Part shown: positions 16,595-20,000 of the stretch, piece after piece
Layout: each line of letters begins with the position of its first letter
Numbering within the stretch: position 1 is the stretch's first letter
Made by a program: the position numbers and the translations under genes
Virus record (IMG/VR): IMGVR_UViG_3300032092_001856
Direction: 5' to 3' (one strand)
Origin: an uncultured virus (IMG/VR IMGVR_UViG_3300032092_001856)
Taxonomy: Duplodnaviria > Heunggongvirae > Uroviricota > Caudoviricetes
DNA length: 20,000 bases
Notes under the pieces: generated by a model
Told to the model about the DNA's origin: nothing
What the model saw: the letters and a program-made list of their open reading frames with translations, nothing else
Database searches by the model: none

Positions 16595-16921
16595 ATGAAA
16601 ACACGTAGAACACCTAGACAAGATTGCAACTACATCATCTACGCTATGACATCAGAGCGTGGTGACTCTTACATTGGCTTGACACGTAAGAGCTTGCCTA
16701 ACGCAGACAAGGTTGTAGCAGAGCGTTGGCGCAAGCACAAGAGCCGTGCAGTCAACGAGAATCGTCTGTGGGCCTTGTACATCTACTTAAAGAGCGGTGG
16801 ACTTGCTATGACTTGGACTCATGAGATCATTGCCATAGTGCGTGGTCGTAAAGAGGCTTATGCCTACGAGCGTGAGCTGGTCAAGCTGTTTGAGCCAGAG
16901 TTAAACGATCAGTACTTATAA
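16595..16921 (+). CDS. Single-domain GIY-YIG nuclease-like protein
   Basis: YIIY...SYIGLT, ERWRKH (Arg), AYERELV (Glu), PELN (Asn). Confidence 0.8.
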   Translation: MKTRRTPRQDCNYIIYAMTSERGDSYIGLTRKSLPNADKVVAERWRKHKSRAVNENRLWALYIYLKSGGLAMTWTHEIIAIVRGRKEAYAYERELVKLFEPELNDQYL

Positions 16922-16958
16922 CCCTACGGTTGACTGGGTTATAAGTTTCTGTTATAAT
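16914..16958 (+). promoter_or_regulatory. Promoter cassette with inverted repeat
   Basis: ACTTATAACCC-N11-GGGTTATAAGT enclosing TTGACT 16930-16935; TATAAT 16953-16958. Confidence 0.85.
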
Positions 16959-16985
16959 AGACACATACACACAAAGGAGCGAGCG

Positions 16986-17267
16986 ATGCGACAAGATTAC
17001 ACAATGTATATCTACAAAACAGACAAGCGCACAAAGAGCGGCGAGCGTTTGGTTAGTACTACAGTATGGCAAGACCGTACTGCAGAAGCTATGGCTAATG
17101 AAGTGCGCGGTTTGGCCCTGCCTTATCCTGCACGACAAGGCTACCGTTTTGAGTACTTCCCTACAATGAAGACTGTACGCAACTTGATGTCGGGCAAGGA
17201 CATTCAAATCCCACATGACACACCACGTTCATGTGATCCCTCTAGCGAACTGTATTGGACCATGTGA
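16986..17267 (+). CDS. Hypothetical phage protein
   Basis: AAGGAGC RBS; ends V.NLMSG....I..DTP..CDPSSE.YW.M. Confidence 0.8.
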   Translation: MRQDYTMYIYKTDKRTKSGERLVSTTVWQDRTAEAMANEVRGLALPYPARQGYRFEYFPTMKTVRNLMSGKDIQIPHDTPRSCDPSSELYWTM

Positions 17268-17644
17268 TGACTAGATACTACGACGAACTGGCTGTTTACG
17301 AGCGCGATGGCTTTGATATTATTGTAGACAAGAGCTATGAAGACCTGGACCCAAAAGACTGTTTCGATGACGAGTGCTTCAACCTCAAAGAGATGTACGC
17401 AGACATTGAGTGCGGGAAACTTGACTGGTTCATGCTCCGTGTCCGAGTTATGGTTGAGAACATCGAACTCAGCTCGGAGTTCCTGGGCGGATGCTTATAC
17501 AGTGACGCCAAAGAAGTCCTTACTGACGGGACTGCCGAGGATCTCATCGACATGGCTTTGACAGAGGCTAAGAAGGATGTCTACAGACTATACAAGAAGT
17601 TCCAGGATCTTAGCTGGCACCTAGATGCAGGCCATGTAGCCTAA
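17267..17644 (+). CDS. Acidic hypothetical phage protein
   Basis: TGATG coupling at 17267; EL.SE.LGGCLY motif. Confidence 0.8.
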   Translation: MTRYYDELAVYERDGFDIIVDKSYEDLDPKDCFDDECFNLKEMYADIECGKLDWFMLRVRVMVENIELSSEFLGGCLYSDAKEVLTDGTAEDLIDMALTEAKKDVYRLYKKFQDLSWHLDAGHVA

Positions 17645-17651
17645 ATCATGG

Positions 17652-17705
17652 AATAACCCTACTAGCTGTAGGGTTATTGACAGCCTGCCCAAAACGTGCT
17701 ATAAT
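17652..17705 (+). promoter_or_regulatory. Promoter cassette with inverted repeat
   Basis: AATAACCCTAC-TAGCT-GTAGGGTTATT overlapping TTGACA 17677-17682; TATAAT 17700-17705. Confidence 0.85.
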
Positions 17706-17727
17706 ACATTTTTAAATAGGAGCAAAC

Positions 17728-18111
17728 ATGTACGATTTTAGCACACTAACACAAGCGCAAAAAGACGCTATGCAAGCACTTGTAAACAAATACAAAGACG
17801 TAGAGGGCGACTACGAAAGCACAATGCTAGGAGGCATTGTACACGGCTACTGCGACAGCGGCATTTTAACAGATGCATACAGCGTAGAGGACGCAGAGCT
17901 TGTTGCAAAGTACTTTACAGAGGACGCTATAGACAGCGGAACTATAGAGCAATTTAACGACTTTATTGTTGCAATAAGCGGCGGCACAGAGGAACTGCTT
18001 TGCTGTAAAGTTATAGACGAAATGTGCGCTATTATAGACGACGCGGAGTTAGCGGCGGCTTACATAGGCAAGCTAACAGACACGTTAATGCAAGACTGCT
18101 ACACGGATTAA
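17728..18111 (+). CDS. Highly acidic 127-aa protein
   Basis: About 26 Asp/Glu versus 6 Lys and no Arg; AGGAGC RBS. Confidence 0.8.
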   Translation: MYDFSTLTQAQKDAMQALVNKYKDVEGDYESTMLGGIVHGYCDSGILTDAYSVEDAELVAKYFTEDAIDSGTIEQFNDFIVAISGGTEELLCCKVIDEMCAIIDDAELAAAYIGKLTDTLMQDCYTD

Positions 18112-18117
18112 TATTAT

Positions 18118-18354
18118 ATGAGCTATAAACACATAGACGACGCACTGCAATGGACAGGGGCGATTGCTATTATTGCAGGGCATGTGCTTAACGCTGTAGG
18201 CCCTGCAGCCTATCCCTACAACATTGCTGTCTTTGCTGTAGGCACTGTAGCATTTTTAGCGTGGGCCTGCAGAGTGCGCAACTTGCCGCAGGCAGTTGTT
18301 AATGTTGTAGCATTAACCATAGGGCTAGTAGGGTTATACAACGCATACATTTGA
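18118..18354 (+). CDS. Small multi-pass membrane protein
   Basis: Three hydrophobic segments; its stop codon lies within the next TTGACA. Confidence 0.75.
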   Translation: MSYKHIDDALQWTGAIAIIAGHVLNAVGPAAYPYNIAVFAVGTVAFLAWACRVRNLPQAVVNVVALTIGLVGLYNAYI

Positions 18355-18379
18355 CAGTTTGGGCTCCCTGTGCTATAAT
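18351..18379 (+). promoter_or_regulatory. Early-type sigma70 promoter
   Basis: TTGACA-17-TATAAT with TG extension. Confidence 0.85.
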
Positions 18380-18401
18380 ACATTTTTAAGTAGGAGCAAC
18401 T

Positions 18402-18695
18402 ATGCGTAAATTAAGTAACACACATGCCGTAGCAATTAATAAGTTAATGCTACCCCTAATTAGTACATTAGCACATATTGATGACGATAATGACATTAAT
18501 ATGTACAAAATGTATGCGGACGATATTGCACATAATATTGCTGCATTATGTGTGTTTAATAACACATTAGATGCGGAAGTATTACACGATAATATTATGC
18601 GACAAGATACTTGCCCGCGTGAGCATTTTTATACTGTGTTAAAGTATATTGAAGATAATAAGTTAATACCTGCTAATATGTTTACTTGTATGTAA
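18402..18695 (+). CDS. Hypothetical protein
   Basis: AGGAGC RBS after a promoter; QDT.PRE motif. Confidence 0.75.
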   Translation: MRKLSNTHAVAINKLMLPLISTLAHIDDDNDINMYKMYADDIAHNIAALCVFNNTLDAEVLHDNIMRQDTCPREHFYTVLKYIEDNKLIPANMFTCM

Positions 18696-18700
18696 ACAAC

Positions 18701-18766
18701 AAAGACCCTACTAACTGTAGGGCTTTTTATAGCGCACTTGACGTTTTGAGCTAAGTGCGCTATAAT
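18701..18766 (+). promoter_or_regulatory. Terminator-like ACCC-N11-GGGC hairpin plus promoter within a 13-bp inverted repeat
   Basis: CCCTAC/GTAGGG followed by TTTTT; TTGACG 18738-18743, 17 bp, TATAAT 18761-18766; TTATAGCGCACTT/AAGTGCGCTATAA arms. Confidence 0.8.
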
Positions 18767-18788
18767 AAGTTTTTAACAGGAGCAAACA

Positions 18789-18941
18789 ATGCAAGAAGCT
18801 ATTAGCACAAAAGAAAAGTTAGTTAATTTAATGTTGCAAATGCAAGAGATTATTATGCAAGATTATGAAGATAATGAAGATATACAAAATGCATTTAATG
18901 CTTTAGCAAGTGCATATGATTATTATATAGATGAAGAATAA
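18789..18941 (+). CDS. Acidic mini-protein (50 aa), paralog B
   Basis: MQEAISTKEKLVNLMLQMQEIIMQDYEDNEDIQNAFNALASAYDYYIDEE*; 37/49 identical to 15926-16075. Confidence 0.85.
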   Translation: MQEAISTKEKLVNLMLQMQEIIMQDYEDNEDIQNAFNALASAYDYYIDEE

Positions 18942-18959
18942 TATTATATAATAATAAAG

Positions 18960-19010
18960 ACCCTACTAACAATAGGGTCGGTTGACGAGACAGCGAATCG
19001 AGAGTATAAT
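18960..19010 (+). promoter_or_regulatory. Promoter cassette
   Basis: ACCC-N11-GGGT 18960-18978; TTGACG 18982-18987, 17 bp, TATAAT 19005-19010. Confidence 0.85.
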
Positions 19011-19021
19011 AGATACATAGA

Positions 19022-19226
19022 CAGTTAGAAAAGAGCAAAGGTTACCTACACCGTTAGGGCTCTGGGAAGATTGCAATACCGACGGGTGTTGATCTAGTCC
19101 AGGTCATGAAGCCGAACAGCAATGTTCAGAGAAGCGGCGGATATGGTAGGCAGTAATGATGAAGGCAGACGATCTAGCAGACGGTGCTAGCGCCTAGTCC
19201 GGAGTTCCTTTACTCTTTTCTAACTG
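19022..19226 (+). ncRNA. Candidate structured non-coding RNA (~205 nt), family unknown
   Basis: 14-bp perfect closing stem 19022-19035/19213-19226 plus 5 more bp; internal hairpins including a GCAA tetraloop; lies right after a promoter; no RBS-led ORF seen. Confidence 0.7.
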
Positions 19227-19277
19227 GGCATTCAGGTAGCCCTGATGTAAGTCCAATCTAATTTATAGGAGCGAGCT

Positions 19278-19442
19278 ATGAAGAACGAGATTGAACGTTT
19301 GAACTTTGTCATCTGGGCCAAGGACCGTTACCCGGGATTTACTACAGATCCTAAGCAATATGCCAAAGCCAATCGGGCATGGCGGGCTGTGGCTCGTAAA
19401 GACCCTATGATTGACAAGGTTATTAGAACCTGCTATAATTAA
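19278..19442 (+). CDS. Small basic protein (54 aa)
   Basis: AGGAGC RBS; MKNEIERLNFVIWAKDRYPGFTTDPKQYAKANRAWRAVARKDPMIDKVIRTCYN*. Confidence 0.7.
   Translation: MKNEIERLNFVIWAKDRYPGFTTDPKQYAKANRAWRAVARKDPMIDKVIRTCYN
19402..19439 (+). promoter_or_regulatory. Promoter cassette embedded in a coding 3' end
   Basis: ACCC-N11-AGGT; TTGACA 19411-19416, 17 bp, TATAAT 19434-19439. Confidence 0.8.
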
Positions 19443-19471
19443 GACTAAGTTAAACAAAAGGAGCGAACCAA

Positions 19472-19729
19472 ATGTCAAACTACCCTAACATGAGCTACTG
19501 CATGGTTGAGAACACTCTCGGCGCATTAGATCAAGTGATCACTGCCATGCGCGAAGAAGGTCCTATGTTCTTGCGCGAGTTGAACCGCACAGAGCAAAGA
19601 GCTTTCAAAGAGCTGTTCGGCATGTGCGAAGACTTCCTCAGTGCCGCAGAAGAACTAGAGGACGAGTGCGAGAGAGACGGACAGCCCGACGAAGCCCAGG
19701 AGTGGGCAGACTTTGATCCAGACTGCTAA
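19472..19729 (+). CDS. Acidic hypothetical phage protein
   Basis: AAGGAGC RBS; NMSYC..ENT..AL and C-terminal DGQPDEAQEWADFDPDC. Confidence 0.8.
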   Translation: MSNYPNMSYCMVENTLGALDQVITAMREEGPMFLRELNRTEQRAFKELFGMCEDFLSAAEELEDECERDGQPDEAQEWADFDPDC

Positions 19730-19739
19730 GGAGAACACA

Positions 19740-19883
19740 ATGCAAGCATGGGACGTTATACGTAATGGTAGGGTCATAGACACTGTATTCTATGATAGGG
19801 ACTGTGAGCTGTGGTATGTGCGCAAAGGGCTCATTGAGCACGATGGCTACCCGGTTGACATTGTAGTCCAAAAGGCAGTATAA
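19740..19883 (+). CDS. Small hypothetical protein (47 aa)
   Basis: AAGGAG RBS; MQAWDVIRNGRVIDTVFYDRDCELWYVRKGLIEHDGYPVDIVVQKAV*. Confidence 0.75.
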   Translation: MQAWDVIRNGRVIDTVFYDRDCELWYVRKGLIEHDGYPVDIVVQKAV

Positions 19884-19884
19884 T
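19855..19884 (+). promoter_or_regulatory. sigma70 promoter embedded in a coding 3' end
   Basis: TTGACA 19855-19860, 18 bp, TATAAT 19879-19884. Confidence 0.75.
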
Positions 19885-19910
19885 AAACACTTAAACACAC
19901 AGGAGCGCAG

Positions 19911-20000
19911 ATGATTACAGCAGACACACTAGAAGTTCTAACTACATACAGCCCACAGTATCTAACCAAAGCCGCACAGAACGCAGGCTACAGAGGCCCA
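19911..20000 (+). CDS. Hypothetical protein (runs off window end)
   Basis: AGGAGC RBS; MITADTLEVLTTYSPQYLTKAAQNAGYRGP... Confidence 0.7.
   Translation, partial: MITADTLEVLTTYSPQYLTKAAQNAGYRGP

Noticed and set aside
19022..19226. Assignment of the ncRNA to group I intron, hammerhead, tmRNA, RNase P, tRNA or 6S
   Set aside because: No interrupted gene and no complete catalytic consensus was found. There is no cloverleaf or tag ORF, and it is multibranched rather than rod-like. Left unassigned pending Rfam search.
1..20000. Amber (TAG) stop-codon recoding
   Set aside because: The complete genes I called end in TAA/TGA, but no conserved gene is broken by an in-frame TAG, so there is no positive evidence.

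Overview
This window looks like part of a large lytic dsDNA phage genome with T4-like features, probably infecting a proteobacterium. The evidence is dense small overlapping ORFs, consensus sigma70 promoters and T4-type late-promoter motifs (TATAAATA). Positions 1-6872 (minus strand) encode a radical SAM protein, an HNH endonuclease, YqgE/AlgH, a PG-binding lytic transglycosylase, ADP-heptose epimerase, a ParB-like + HNH pair behind a structured leader with a terminator, and an FkbM methyltransferase. Positions 7013-14415 (plus strand) encode a small lipoprotein, a SWIM-finger protein, a 2OG-Fe(II) oxygenase, six tandem translationally coupled paralogs ending in F-x-L-[RK]-[WY], a PBP7/DacC-like S11 peptidase, an HExxH peptidase and an HTH protein. 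Positions ~14703-15700 are a repeat-rich non-coding kilobase with five perfect DnaA boxes in head-to-head orientation and a consensus promoter firing into them (oriC-like element or DnaA sponge). Positions 15700-20000 are an early-type region of about ten repeated promoter/ACCC-N11-GGGT/AGGAGC cassettes driving tiny, often acidic proteins. This region also holds a leaderless GIY-YIG gene and a ~205-nt promoter-driven, multibranched and possibly pseudoknotted ncRNA candidate (19022-19226). All family calls come from reading motifs by eye; no database search was run.
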